Of a DNA stretch of 64,000 nucleotides, positions 48,632 through 58,716 are shown in pieces. The DNA is from Ignavibacteriota bacterium. GTDB lineage: Bacteria > Bacteroidota > Ignavibacteria > UBA10030 > UBA6906. Numbering within the stretch: the first letter of the stretch is position 1; every line of letters starts with the position of its first letter. Under the pieces are notes generated by a model. The model had not been told where the DNA came from. It did no database searches and saw only the letters and a program-made list of their open reading frames with translations. The position numbers and the translations under genes were made by a program. The stretch is taken from assembly GCA_963843525.1 (NCBI GenBank), contig CAWJKM010000007.1, positions 405,188-469,187 on the forward strand, written 5' to 3'.

Positions 48632-50803
48632 ATGAAAATCCCGGCGTTTATCATTTCTCTGGCTACCACGGCGTTCTTTGCTGTTGCTCCGGCCGACTCT
48701 CAATGGACCCAACTCGGGCCTCCGGGACCCGTATCAGCACTCACGACAGTGGGAGGGACAATTCTGGCAGGATCTTTGGGCGGAGGAGTCTATGTGTCAT
48801 CAGACAATGGAGGATCCTGGAAAGCCAGTTCAACGGGGCTGACGAGTCTGAATGTAACGGGCCTTGCGACGAATGGGAGCAACGTACTTGCCGCCACAAG
48901 CGACGCAGGAGTGTTTCTCAGCACAGACGAGGGGATTACCTGGAACACCAGCAAAACGGGGTTGATCAGCCTGAGCATCAATTCAATCGCATCGGTCGGC
49001 GCCACCCTCTTTGTGGGCCCCGGTAACTTCGGGGCGTTCATGTCGACGGACGGGGGAACGACCTGGGCTCCCGCCGGGAAAGGGTTCGCCAGCGGCACGG
49101 CAACGTCGTTTGTTAGCCTGGGAGGGTTGATTTTCGGCGGCTCCCTCCAGAAGGGAGTTTACATTTCAAGTGACGGCGGCAAAAATTGGTCGCAATCGAA
49201 TGCCGGCCTCACTTCGCCGTTTGTTGCCTCACTCGCAGTGAGTGGAACGCATGTCTTTGCCGGGACACAGAGCGCGGGAGTCTTTGTTTCCGCCGACAGC
49301 GGCGCTTCGTGGAATCTTGTAGGAAACGGGTTGACCAACAAAGAAATGGTGTCGTTGACCGCAGTGACTCCGTCAGGTGGAAACGCGACACTGATTGCAG
49401 GGACAGCGAGCGGAGGAATGTTCGTCTCAACGGACAACGGCGCTTCGTGGAACCCGGCAGAACTTTCCCTGGTGAACAAGGCCGTTAACACGCTTGCCGC
49501 CGCAGGGACGAGTGCCTATGCCGGAACAGGAGACGGAGTTTTTGTGTCAAATGATGGGGGATTCCACTGGACCGATCTCAGCTCCAACCTTTCCAATTCA
49601 AGCGTTACGGCGGTTGTTGCCGGCGGGGGGAACATCTTCGTCGGTTTGAAAAACGGAGGGGTCTGCATTTCTACGGGCGCCGTGGAATCCTGGACTCGTG
49701 CCAACCAGGGATTGACGAGCACTGCAATCACATCGATGACACGTTTGGGTACAACGACCTTCGCGGGGACCGGGGGAGGAGGCGTGTTCGAACGCGCAGA
49801 CAGCGACACAATGTGGACGGATCAGAGCGTCGGTTTACCGACCGACTTTCTCAATGCTCTCCAGGCACTCGGGACGAGGCTTTTTGCCGGCCCTGCAGGA
49901 GCCGGAATATACTATTCCTCCAATGGCGGATCGACATGGAATGCCGGCGGTGGATCGAATCCCGGCGGTTTGGCGGGGACAAATGTCCTTGCTTTCACCC
50001 GCGGAAGGAATGTGGTCATGGCGGGTACGGACGGATTTGGTGTTTTGATATCAGCCACTGACGGGCAGAACTGGGGCTTCCCAGACACGACCTCTTCTGT
50101 GTTGAACAGCATGAGATCCATGAGAGTGAGTGCGGCTCCGCTTCCCTCCCACGTCCTCTCCTTATTTACACTCGATACTCTCGTGTTTGCGGGAACCAGT
50201 GGCGGACCGTATGTGACGAGTGACGACGGGTCGCATTGGAACGCGGCAGGAAATGGTTTCGGGACGCATCCGTTACTCACGATGGCAGCGAGCGGGAATG
50301 TGCTGATCGCAGGAACAAGCGGTGCCGGGGTGTTTGTGTCCGCTGACCGTGGGGCAAACTGGCAGGCCGCAAATTCCGGGTTGCCGGTCTCCACAATTCA
50401 GGGTCTGGCGATCGATGGAGATTATGTGTACGCCGGCACACAGTGGGGCGGTCTCTGCAGACGAACCATCAGCGATCTAGTGACATCACTCGCTGTCGAG
50501 AATCACCCGTCCCTCCCTGTGGAGTTTCGGCTGGAACAAAATTATCCGAACCCGTTCAATCCATCAACAGTTATCAGTGGACAGTTGACGGTAGACAGTC
50601 GGGTGAGGCTTGTGGTGTATGATATGTTGGGACGTGTCGTGGCGACGTTGGCTGATGGGAGATATCCTGCCGGGAGATACTCGTTTGGCTTCGATGCCAC
50701 GGGTTTGGCGAGTGGCGTGTATCTCTACAGGATCGACGTGCGTGGGACCAGGAGGTCGGGGGAGAGCTATAGTGCAACGAGAGCGATGGTTCTGCTTCGA
50801 TAA
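48632..50803 (+). CDS. Secreted multi-repeat BNR/sortilin (xyloglucanase-type) repeat protein with T9SS C-terminal sorting domain
   Basis: About 14 repeats of 'GVF(V/L)S.D.G.SW...GL'. The C-terminal NYPNPFNPSTVISGQL...VVYDMLGRVVATL...GVYLYRID matches the Por/T9SS sorting domain (TIGR04183-like). Confidence 0.75.
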   Translation: MKIPAFIISLATTAFFAVAPADSQWTQLGPPGPVSALTTVGGTILAGSLGGGVYVSSDNGGSWKASSTGLTSLNVTGLATNGSNVLAATSDAGVFLSTDEGITWNTSKTGLISLSINSIASVGATLFVGPGNFGAFMSTDGGTTWAPAGKGFASGTATSFVSLGGLIFGGSLQKGVYISSDGGKNWSQSNAGLTSPFVASLAVSGTHVFAGTQSAGVFVSADSGASWNLVGNGLTNKEMVSLTAVTPSGGNATLIAGTASGGMFVSTDNGASWNPAELSLVNKAVNTLAAAGTSAYAGTGDGVFVSNDGGFHWTDLSSNLSNSSVTAVVAGGGNIFVGLKNGGVCISTGAVESWTRANQGLTSTAITSMTRLGTTTFAGTGGGGVFERADSDTMWTDQSVGLPTDFLNALQALGTRLFAGPAGAGIYYSSNGGSTWNAGGGSNPGGLAGTNVLAFTRGRNVVMAGTDGFGVLISATDGQNWGFPDTTSSVLNSMRSMRVSAAPLPSHVLSLFTLDTLVFAGTSGGPYVTSDDGSHWNAAGNGFGTHPLLTMAASGNVLIAGTSGAGVFVSADRGANWQAANSGLPVSTIQGLAIDGDYVYAGTQWGGLCRRTISDLVTSLAVENHPSLPVEFRLEQNYPNPFNPSTVISGQLTVDSRVRLVVYDMLGRVVATLADGRYPAGRYSFGFDATGLASGVYLYRIDVRGTRRSGESYSATRAMVLLR

Positions 50804-50837
50804 GAAATCACGATGGAGGTTTTCTTGTCTTTGGCCC

Positions 50838-50867
50838 GGGCAGCCCCGATCAGGCTGCCCTTTTTTT
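50838..50867 (+). terminator. Rho-independent terminator after the T9SS cargo gene
   Basis: GGGCAGCC-ccgatca-GGCTGCCC followed by TTTTTTT. Confidence 0.7.
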
Positions 50868-50881
50868 GCGGGAGTAAAGAG

Positions 50882-51808
50882 CTATCTGGTGATCGGATAG
50901 GTTTGCGTCACCGTCACAGAGCTCCCGAATACCCCGAGGCCCCGCGGGATGTTCGTGTAGTCCGGTTGATCCAGTCTGATGCTCGATTTGTCAACCGGCC
51001 CGTTGTTCACGTAATAGTAGTTATATAACACGTCGTCGATCTGGGTGAGAACAAAAACACCCTGCAGCCAGATGACGGGAGCCTCCGGATATTGCCGGAT
51101 GACTTCAGCGCGCGTGCTGACATACTGCGTGGTGTCGAGTAATATCGGTACGGTTTTCTGAGCCGGCGTCAGGCTGCGAACAAGTGAGAGCGACGGATAC
51201 GTTTTGATGAGGTTGCCGTTGCTATCATAGTACCTGCTCAGAGGGACTTCCGAGCGATGGAACTCCCATCCGCCGTCGACGAATGCATAGTAGTCAATGT
51301 AGAAGTGAAGAACATAGGCACCCCCCGAACTCCGGAAGATGGTGTTCAGGGTAATCTGTTCGGTGGTCGACCTGTCCAGGATCCTTGCATCCTTCAACGC
51401 CATCGAGGGGAGAAGAAGGGCCTGTGTATTAACCGTGGCGGTGAGGCCGGTCGGTGTCAAAACCTGTAAAGTATAATTACCTCCCGGACTTATGGGCTGG
51501 TTATAGGCCACATACACATTGATCGGGAGCGGGTTGCCTGCGCCGTCGGTACCGACCACAACCGTGTCGCGGAAGGGAATTGTCCTGCCATTGGTGAACA
51601 TCTGCACCGTCGCATTATCGATCACCGGTCCGGGTGGATTCGCGTAGGTCGTTCCCACACGCACGAATTGCGTGCTGCTCGCAGAATTCAAAATGCTATA
51701 GACCGCAAGTTTGCTGCTTACCGGGCCGTCCGGTTCAAACGGCTGATTGCAGGAGGCGATGACTGCGCACGCCGCAACGACGAATCCTCTGTGGAGTGGA
51801 ATCTTCAT
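50882..51808 (-). CDS. DUF4249-like lipoprotein, partner of the adjacent TonB-dependent receptor
   Basis: Lipoprotein signal MKIPLHRGFVVAACAVIASC. About 300 aa and beta-rich. Located immediately downstream of a CarbopepD_reg TonB receptor, the usual arrangement for DUF4249. Confidence 0.4.
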   Translation of the reverse strand: MKIPLHRGFVVAACAVIASCNQPFEPDGPVSSKLAVYSILNSASSTQFVRVGTTYANPPGPVIDNATVQMFTNGRTIPFRDTVVVGTDGAGNPLPINVYVAYNQPISPGGNYTLQVLTPTGLTATVNTQALLLPSMALKDARILDRSTTEQITLNTIFRSSGGAYVLHFYIDYYAFVDGGWEFHRSEVPLSRYYDSNGNLIKTYPSLSLVRSLTPAQKTVPILLDTTQYVSTRAEVIRQYPEAPVIWLQGVFVLTQIDDVLYNYYYVNNGPVDKSSIRLDQPDYTNIPRGLGVFGSSVTVTQTYPITR

Positions 51809-51810
51809 GT

Positions 51811-54060
51811 TCAGAACTCGACGGACAGTGAAGCGGTGGGAAAGAAGGGGATCATATAGTCCGTCTTTCCGGTGTTGCGATCATAGTAGAGAATGTTCTT
51901 CTGGTTGTAAAGATTGATGATGCTGACGCCGACGGTACTGCGAACCCCTCCGAGAGACAGCGCATACGACACCGCCGCATCCAGCCGGTGATAGGCGGGG
52001 AGACGCGCTGCATTTTTCTCCCCGAGGGTGCGACTGGGCGAGCCTGGACCGGCCGGGAAGGGGTCCGTCCCGATTCCCGACAGCGGAAGACGATCGTAGA
52101 AGCCGGCACTCTGGGTGAAAGGATACCCGCTGCCGTAATCCCACCGCAACGTTGCTTCCAGACCGGGGAGAATATGGAAAGTCGTCACCGCCTTTGCGGT
52201 ATGCCTCCTGTCGTACCGGGGCGAATAGGTCACATCGTTTGCACTGACCGTGACATACGAAAGGGCGTACGAGGCGTAGACGTCGACAAACCGGGAGGCG
52301 TAACGAAGGAGGATCTCGGAGCCGTAGGCCCGGCCCGTCCCATTGAGATAATCCGGGTCCCCGGGATAGACCTTCGCGCTATTGTAAAGGGTGAGCGACC
52401 GGTAAGATTTTATATACGTCTGGACATTAAGAGCAAGCGACGGGAGGATGTTCCCTTCGAGACCCAGGACGTAGTGGTGTGCCTCCTCCGGCCGTAATTC
52501 CGTCGGGAGCAGGATCCAGGCGTCGAACAGGGATATCAGGTCGTCTTCGTTGCTGATAGTGATCAAATTTTGGGTGAAGACACCGTATGAGGCCTTCGCT
52601 ATCCAGCTGTTCCCAAAATCGTAGGAAAGGGTGAACCGCGGCTGCAGCCCCTGACGAAGTGGCCCGCCATTCATGATGAGAAGGATATCGGAGTGTATGC
52701 CCAGGTCGAATCCCAGATTTCCCATCTTTCCCTGATACCGGAGCCAGACATACCATTCGATATCGCTGTCTTTGATTTCGTTCGGGAAAATGTTATTGGT
52801 GTACAGTGAATCATCAACTGAAGGGAAGTTGATTTCAAACCCCTCAAAAAAAGTATTCTGGCTCTCGGTAAATGACGTGAACTCTACTTTGAGCCCGACT
52901 TCCTGAAGTTTTGAGGATGCCGGGGTCACCGAAAGCGCCTGCTTCGGCTCCCGTTTGATGGTCGAAGATGAATACGTAAAGGCTGCATCAAAATAGGTCC
53001 TGTCATCCGCCAGGCCGGAAAGGACTGCCGAGAATGCTGAATTGCGCCAGGAGTGATTGGGTTGATCGACATCGTTCGGCAGCACATCATCGCCGCTAAT
53101 GTAGCCGCGGAAGCCGATCCGCCCGGTGGAGGTGCCCATCGTCCCCTTGAGAAAGAGATCGTAAAAGGAGAGAGGTGCGGGGTTAGGGATGAGTTTGTCC
53201 ACCGCGTTGCGGAAGAGCGATGAGCGGCCGCTGACGAGCCAGGAATTATCTCCGGAAAACGGGCCGTCCAGTTCGAGTTTCCCGGAAAGGAAGTTTATGT
53301 TCGCTGACCCGGAAATTTTCGAAAGATTACCTTCCTTTGAGGTCACGTTGACAACAGAGGAGAGCCTTCCACCGTAGCCTGCGGGGAATGCTCCCGTGTA
53401 CACTTCCGCCGTTTGGACGATGTCGGGATCCAGGATGCTGAACAGGCCGAAAGCGTGGAAGGGGTTGTAGATCTTCATGCCGTCGAGAAGGATGAGGTTC
53501 TGGTCTCCTGCACCTCCCCGGACATAAAACTTTGCGCTCACATCCGAGGTCGACGTGATCCCGGGAAGCATCTGGAGAGATCGCAAAAGATCCTGTTGCC
53601 CGACCGCCGGAATCGATTGGAGCTCTCTTGGAGTGATAATATGCACACTCGCGCTCTGTTCCGAGAGCGTGGAAATGCCGCGCGAGCGCACCACAACCTC
53701 GCCGGTCTGAATCACCCGGGCTGCAAGGCGCACATTTACGGTCAGCGGGTCCCGGCCGTTGACCCGGATAGTGGTCACGCGTCGTTCATACCCCACCGCG
53801 CTGACCATTAACTCATAGGTGCCGGCGGGGAGTCCGGTGATGATATAGAAACCGTTCAGGTTCGTTGTTGCCCCCCGGTTTGTCCCCGACACGGTCAGGT
53901 TGACACCGAGAAGCCGTTCGCCATTCGCACTATCAGAGACAATTCCCCGAACATCAGAAACCTGCGGTGTTTCCTCTCGCGGAGTCCCAAACGATTGTGC
54001 TCGAAGAGATATTCCGGGCAGGACAAGGAGGACGAGGAGAGGGATTCGAAGAGAGTTCAC
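51811..54060 (-). CDS. TonB-dependent receptor (CarbopepD_reg + plug + 22-strand barrel)
   Basis: VRGIVSDSANGERLLGVNLTVSGT...NGFYIITGLPAGTYEL is the CarbopepD_reg domain. The plug follows, and the C-terminus SLSVEF ends in Phe. The start is taken at the in-frame GTG (54058-54060), which gives the signal peptide MNSLRIPLLVLLVLPGISLRAQS. The ORF is open to 54216. Confidence 0.8.
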   Translation of the reverse strand: MNSLRIPLLVLLVLPGISLRAQSFGTPREETPQVSDVRGIVSDSANGERLLGVNLTVSGTNRGATTNLNGFYIITGLPAGTYELMVSAVGYERRVTTIRVNGRDPLTVNVRLAARVIQTGEVVVRSRGISTLSEQSASVHIITPRELQSIPAVGQQDLLRSLQMLPGITSTSDVSAKFYVRGGAGDQNLILLDGMKIYNPFHAFGLFSILDPDIVQTAEVYTGAFPAGYGGRLSSVVNVTSKEGNLSKISGSANINFLSGKLELDGPFSGDNSWLVSGRSSLFRNAVDKLIPNPAPLSFYDLFLKGTMGTSTGRIGFRGYISGDDVLPNDVDQPNHSWRNSAFSAVLSGLADDRTYFDAAFTYSSSTIKREPKQALSVTPASSKLQEVGLKVEFTSFTESQNTFFEGFEINFPSVDDSLYTNNIFPNEIKDSDIEWYVWLRYQGKMGNLGFDLGIHSDILLIMNGGPLRQGLQPRFTLSYDFGNSWIAKASYGVFTQNLITISNEDDLISLFDAWILLPTELRPEEAHHYVLGLEGNILPSLALNVQTYIKSYRSLTLYNSAKVYPGDPDYLNGTGRAYGSEILLRYASRFVDVYASYALSYVTVSANDVTYSPRYDRRHTAKAVTTFHILPGLEATLRWDYGSGYPFTQSAGFYDRLPLSGIGTDPFPAGPGSPSRTLGEKNAARLPAYHRLDAAVSYALSLGGVRSTVGVSIINLYNQKNILYYDRNTGKTDYMIPFFPTASLSVEF

Positions 54061-54472
54061 CGGAGCAGGGGTTAGAGTCTTGGACGTGATTGCGATAGGA
54101 AGGAGCAGAGAGACACTTACATTCAAAAGAAACGCAAATCCTCTCCAATATGCAAGGAATCGGTGCACTCCGAGGAGGGCTCTCAACAGCGAAGCGGCAG
54201 ACTCCCGGGAGGTCAAATCAATTCCGTTTTGAGCAACTGGAACTCAAAAATGGATGCTCGCCGTTGTATTATCATTATGACGGCAGAGAGATCGGTGAGG
54301 GGAAGTTCGCTCACGGAGTAGGGCAGCATGACGTGGTAGGTCCCTTCCCGTCGGAGGGTTTGGGATTGAAGTCCGGAACGAGAACCCTGCAAAGATTAAA
54401 CCGGCGTTTCATTTCCGATGTCAAACAGTGAATCCATCGTTTTACCTCCACATAGGCCTGCGAGATTTCATA

Positions 54473-55279
54473 ATGACCCTCCGATCCTCTTCCTTGGCGC
54501 TTCCGTTTGCAGTGAGTGTCCTCCTTTCCGTAGGTGGCTGTTCATCGGTGATTGAAATGACCAGTGATCATGCAAATCCGGGCCTTGCTATCGATGGGAT
54601 CCCGAACGAATGGGAGGGGAAGCTCTATATCTTCAAAGACAAGGGGCTGCTCGTCGGTGTTCAGGATGATAGCCGTGATGTCTACGTCTGTGTAGAAGGC
54701 CTCGATCCGTCGACGTCCCGGGGGATGATGCGGGGAGGTGTCACAATCTGGTTTGATCCGGGTTCGGGGGAGCAAAACAGGTTCGGCGTTCATTACGGAG
54801 GGATGCACGGAGGGGCATTCCGTGAACAGGATGATCAGATGTTTCACCCGATGTCACCAGCAGACATCGAGATTCTCGGTCCCGACAAAGCGATCAAAAT
54901 GAAAATCCCCTCCATAAGCTCCGAGCAGGAATACGGGCTCAAGGTCGCTCTCCGCGATTCGGGCGGGGCAGCGGTCTTCGAAATGAAGGTTCCCCGGGGT
55001 GTAAAGGCAGGCGATGTAGGACTGGAACAAATCGTCGATAAAACTCTAGGGGTTGAAGTTGAGACGTCGAAGGGTCCGACGGGAGGCTCATCTTCTTCAT
55101 CCCGCGGTGATGGCGAACGCGAGGGTGAGGGGGGGAGGCGTGGCGGCGGAATGCGGGGGGGAATGGGGAGAGGCCGTCCGGAAGGGGGAGAAGGAGCGGA
55201 AGGTGGGCCACGCGACCGCGAAGGGGGAAGAAAACCAGATTCGATGAGCCTGTCCTTGCGGGTTCACCTGGCATCTTGA
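54473..55279 (+). CDS. Hypothetical lipoprotein with a Gly/Arg/Glu-rich low-complexity C-terminal tail
   Basis: Lipobox LLSVGGC. C-terminal SSSSSRGDGEREGEGGRRGGGMRGGMGRGRPEGGEGAEGGPRDREGGRK. Confidence 0.4.
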   Translation: MTLRSSSLALPFAVSVLLSVGGCSSVIEMTSDHANPGLAIDGIPNEWEGKLYIFKDKGLLVGVQDDSRDVYVCVEGLDPSTSRGMMRGGVTIWFDPGSGEQNRFGVHYGGMHGGAFREQDDQMFHPMSPADIEILGPDKAIKMKIPSISSEQEYGLKVALRDSGGAAVFEMKVPRGVKAGDVGLEQIVDKTLGVEVETSKGPTGGSSSSSRGDGEREGEGGRRGGGMRGGMGRGRPEGGEGAEGGPRDREGGRKPDSMSLSLRVHLAS

Positions 55280-55529
55280 CAATAGGAGGCCGGAACCTTA
55301 TCGCACCCCATATGTGTTAACCCCACAGTATCCAACCTGCCGAAAGGTACAATGATCCTCTTTTGATACCGGTTTAATCGCCGAACTCATCTCCCGGGGA
55401 GCGTTGTGCCACATATTGCCATTCTCAAGTGTTATGTATCCAGACCCTGGTGTAACCTGCCGGGATCCCGGGAATGCACGCGCCCTCAAGAAAATGTCTA
55501 ACCAGTAATCCTCCAACAAGGAGATTCTC

Positions 55530-56351
55530 GTGTCCCTCTCCTGTCGGCTCGATCCAGCGTTACGCCGGAATATCCTCTCCTTCGTAGGTCTCATTGGCGT
55601 TCTCATCGTTTTTGCTCCATCGAGCGGCAGGTCAGGCGTCCTCTGGACCCAACTGCATATCGATTCGAGTCGGGCGGTGTTCCCTTCATCGCTGAGTTTT
55701 GCTCGCGTCGAGCCGGTCGATGGTGAATCGGGTTTGTTCCCGGTAAGCCTGGTGACTCTTCAGGATACTCCTGTTGTTGAGCATCATGAACCACGTCTTT
55801 TGCCTCCGTCGCTCAGCCCGGTTGAGAAAATCATTTGGGGAGAGAGCGGGTTCCTGCGTACCACCGGGATCGCGCCGCTGACCCCTTCTGCACGGATGAG
55901 TGAACTCCGATTCCGGAGGACCATGCTGACAATTCATCAGATCGGTGGGTTTGTGACCCTTGGTCTTCTTGTTCCCACCATCATCTATGGTCAACGCAAC
56001 ATCCAGAACTGGAACGATGCCATGATGGGCGTGCGCCCGCTCGACCGTCAGCTCAACCGGACCCATCGCATGTGGGCGGATCTTGCGTTCACATCCTATC
56101 TTGTCACGGCCGCGATGGCGATCCTCTCGCCGCCGCCGATCATCCGTCGCAATGAGGCAAGCACGATTACCACGCACAAGATTCTGGCATGGGTCCATTT
56201 CACGGGGATGATCGCCCTGCCCATTCTTGGCGCGCTTGCAGCACATGCCAACACTGCAGACCAGGCCAAGACACTGCGCACCGTACACGCGATCACTGCC
56301 TATACGACTGCGGCAGCACTCGCGACCGCCATGATTGTCATAACTTTTTAA
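55530..56351 (+). CDS. Hypothetical integral membrane protein
   Basis: An N-terminal TM, then 3-4 C-terminal TM helices (VTLGLLVPTIIYG, LAFTSYLVTAAMAIL, ILAWVHFTGMIALPILGALAAH, AITAYTTAAALATAMIVI). No recognised family. Confidence 0.35.
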   Translation: MSLSCRLDPALRRNILSFVGLIGVLIVFAPSSGRSGVLWTQLHIDSSRAVFPSSLSFARVEPVDGESGLFPVSLVTLQDTPVVEHHEPRLLPPSLSPVEKIIWGESGFLRTTGIAPLTPSARMSELRFRRTMLTIHQIGGFVTLGLLVPTIIYGQRNIQNWNDAMMGVRPLDRQLNRTHRMWADLAFTSYLVTAAMAILSPPPIIRRNEASTITTHKILAWVHFTGMIALPILGALAAHANTADQAKTLRTVHAITAYTTAAALATAMIVITF

Positions 56352-56363
56352 GGGGGGAGTCTC

Positions 56364-56942
56364 ATGGGAAAAGTCTTTCATGTTCTCACCGGCCTGGCGC
56401 TCCTTGTGACACTGGGCGCTGCACCGTTGCTCGCAGGTGCGCCGGTCCACCTGACGGCGCTCAAGGGGGATTCGTTCTTGAAATACATCCTTGTCCATCC
56501 ACTTCATCACGTGGAGGGTGTGAGCAAAGAGGTAACTTGCTCGATGGACTACGATGACGCGACACATACGGTCACGGCGGCGTCGTTTCAGGCCGATGTG
56601 GCATCATTTGACAGCGGGAACAGCAGCCGTGACTCGCACGCGATGGAGGTGCTTGACGCTCTGGAATACCCGGAGGTCTCCTTTACAAGCAAGAGCATCA
56701 CGAGTTCAGGACGGAACATGCAGGTTCAGGGGGATTTGACCTTTCACGGACAGACGAAACCCGTTGCATTCCCGGCCACGCTGGATGCGGCAGGATCGAA
56801 AATCTCCGTAGAAGGGAATGCCGCGGTGAGTCTCACGGCGTTCGGAATTGAACGACCATCCCTTCTTTTAATCCCGGTGGAGGACACGCTGCATATCTCC
56901 TTCACGATGGTCTTCCCGAACTCAGGTCTGTCGAGCAAATAA
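56364..56942 (+). CDS. YceI-family periplasmic protein
   Basis: Signal peptide, with length and beta-barrel composition typical of YceI-like polyisoprenoid-binding proteins (FTSKSITSSGRNMQVQGDLTFHGQTKPV). Confidence 0.55.
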   Translation: MGKVFHVLTGLALLVTLGAAPLLAGAPVHLTALKGDSFLKYILVHPLHHVEGVSKEVTCSMDYDDATHTVTAASFQADVASFDSGNSSRDSHAMEVLDALEYPEVSFTSKSITSSGRNMQVQGDLTFHGQTKPVAFPATLDAAGSKISVEGNAAVSLTAFGIERPSLLLIPVEDTLHISFTMVFPNSGLSSK

Positions 56943-56999
56943 TCGTTGGACAGGCTTCAGGACCACAGGGTGCGACATTCCATACAACAGAGGATACAC

Positions 57000-57476
57000 A
57001 TGGACACCAGTCTTCAAACACGGCGAGAATTCTTCATCCGTACTGCGCAGGCCGGTTCGCTCGTGGCATTGGGGGGAGTTCTCAGCACATTTCTCTCTGC
57101 ATGTAATTCCAACGGGAATAGTCTCGGGAATGCGCCGACGCTCCCGACCATCAAGGCTACCGTCTCGAACAATACGATCACGATTTCGACTGCATCCGGT
57201 TCTCCCATCGCAGGTGTCGGCAGTGCGGCACTGGTGCAGTATGGCAACGGGAATCTTCTGGTTGCGCATACCGCCCAGGATGCTTTCACGGTCCTGACGG
57301 CGATTTGCACACACCAGGGGTGCATTGTGGACGGATTCAGCGGCGGGATCTACACCTGCCCCTGCCACGGAGCCGAATACGATACCAACGGCAACGTGGT
57401 GCATGGGCCCGCCACGGCTGCTCTACGAAAGATTCCCGCCCAGTATGCGAATAACCAACTTGTCATTTCCGTTTGA
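57000..57476 (+). CDS. Rieske [2Fe-2S] domain protein, Tat-exported lipoprotein
   Basis: RBS AGAGGA before the ATG at 57000. Tat motif TRREFFIRTAQAG and lipobox LSAC. Rieske boxes CTHQGC and CPCHGAEY. ORF open from 56946. Confidence 0.75.
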   Translation: MDTSLQTRREFFIRTAQAGSLVALGGVLSTFLSACNSNGNSLGNAPTLPTIKATVSNNTITISTASGSPIAGVGSAALVQYGNGNLLVAHTAQDAFTVLTAICTHQGCIVDGFSGGIYTCPCHGAEYDTNGNVVHGPATAALRKIPAQYANNQLVISV

Positions 57477-57570
57477 TGTCCCCGGAGATTGGAGGGCCAT
57501 CCCGAAACGTGGGCAGCTGAGAGGCTCTGTGGTGGGAGAAGCACGGTAGAAGGGTGGCCGTTCCATGAAC

Positions 57571-57610
57571 GCCCGGCGTGGGAGTACAACCGCGCCGGGT
57601 TTTTTTTTGT
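57571..57610 (+). terminator. Rho-independent terminator after the Rieske gene
   Basis: GCCCGGCG-tgggagtacaac-CGCGCCGGG followed by a T9 run. Confidence 0.65.
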
Positions 57611-57680
57611 CCATGCCCACTTGCACAGGTCGGTGAAGTGTCCCTACATTGGACCACCACCCACCCTGTCTGGAGGTCCC

Positions 57681-58682
57681 ATGGTACCGCTCCCTCGCCC
57701 GGCATTATCTCTCGCCGTCCTTATCCTTGTTCTTCTCTCCTCCTGCGCCAAACGCGACTATCACGGCGTCGAGTCAAAAGACGTTTACCCTGTGCAGGAG
57801 GGTTATGTTGACGCTCATGGAGTTCTGATCTACTATACGATCGTGGGCAATGGAGCGCCGCTGCTGATCCTCCATGGCGGACCGGGGGCGTCGCACGACT
57901 ATTTCCTGCCCTACCTCCTTCCGCTTGCGCGCACGCACCGCCTCGTGTTCATCGACGAGCGGGGTTCCGGCCGATCGGAAAAGCTCGAAGATCCTGCGGG
58001 CTACACTGTTGAAACAATGGTTGAAGATGTCGAGGCTGTACGGGCGGATCTGGGGCTCGGAACCATCGATCTCCTCGGTCATTCCTACGGGGGAGTCCTG
58101 GCGCAGGCATACGCGTTGAAGTATCAGCAACACCTGAGACACCTTATTCTCTGCAGCACGTTTCAAAGCACGTCGAAAATGAACAAAGTGTTCGACGTCA
58201 TGAAACAACGGATGGCCGAACCTCTTCGCAAGCGCATTAACGCGATGGAATCGACGGGCCTGTTTGGCAAGGGAAAGGAATACGAACAGGGGAGATATCA
58301 ACCGGAGTACATGGTTGCTGCGTGGGGGGAAGGCTACTTTCCGTACTTGTATCAAAACCACCCCGATCCCAACTACGACCCCGTTCAGAATGGTGTAATG
58401 TCGTGGGACCTCTATCGGGAGATGTGGGGGTCGCATGGGGAATTCGTGATCGACGGGAACCTCTCGTCGGTCGAGTATGACGATCGCCTGGCGACGCTGA
58501 AGGTGCCGACACTGATCACGGTCGGCGACCATGACGAATGCGATCCTTCGTTGTCCCGGGAGATGCATAGCGAAATCGCAGGGTCGACATTAACAATCTT
58601 TCCCAAGAGCGGTCACATGACGTTTGTCGATCAGCCGGGGTTGTTCATCCGGACCGTGAACGATTTTCTTGGCGCCAAATAG
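57681..58682 (+). CDS. Alpha/beta hydrolase, proline iminopeptidase (S33) family, lipoprotein
   Basis: LILHGGPGASHDY (the HGGPG motif) and the nucleophile elbow GHSYGG. Signal peptide/lipobox LSSCAK. The upstream part of the track ORF (from 57489) contains the terminator, so the start is placed at 57681. Confidence 0.75.
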   Translation: MVPLPRPALSLAVLILVLLSSCAKRDYHGVESKDVYPVQEGYVDAHGVLIYYTIVGNGAPLLILHGGPGASHDYFLPYLLPLARTHRLVFIDERGSGRSEKLEDPAGYTVETMVEDVEAVRADLGLGTIDLLGHSYGGVLAQAYALKYQQHLRHLILCSTFQSTSKMNKVFDVMKQRMAEPLRKRINAMESTGLFGKGKEYEQGRYQPEYMVAAWGEGYFPYLYQNHPDPNYDPVQNGVMSWDLYREMWGSHGEFVIDGNLSSVEYDDRLATLKVPTLITVGDHDECDPSLSREMHSEIAGSTLTIFPKSGHMTFVDQPGLFIRTVNDFLGAK

Positions 58683-58716
58683 ATACCTGCCCAGCCAGGG
58701 CGGGAAGGAGAAAGTC

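Noticed and set aside
55686-56567. 293-aa minus-strand ORF
   Set aside because: Antisense to the membrane-protein and YceI genes. Low-complexity, Arg-rich composition typical of antisense GC-rich frames.
57774-58568. 264-aa minus-strand ORF
   Set aside because: Antisense to the S33 alpha/beta-hydrolase gene, which has HGGPG and GHSYGG motifs.
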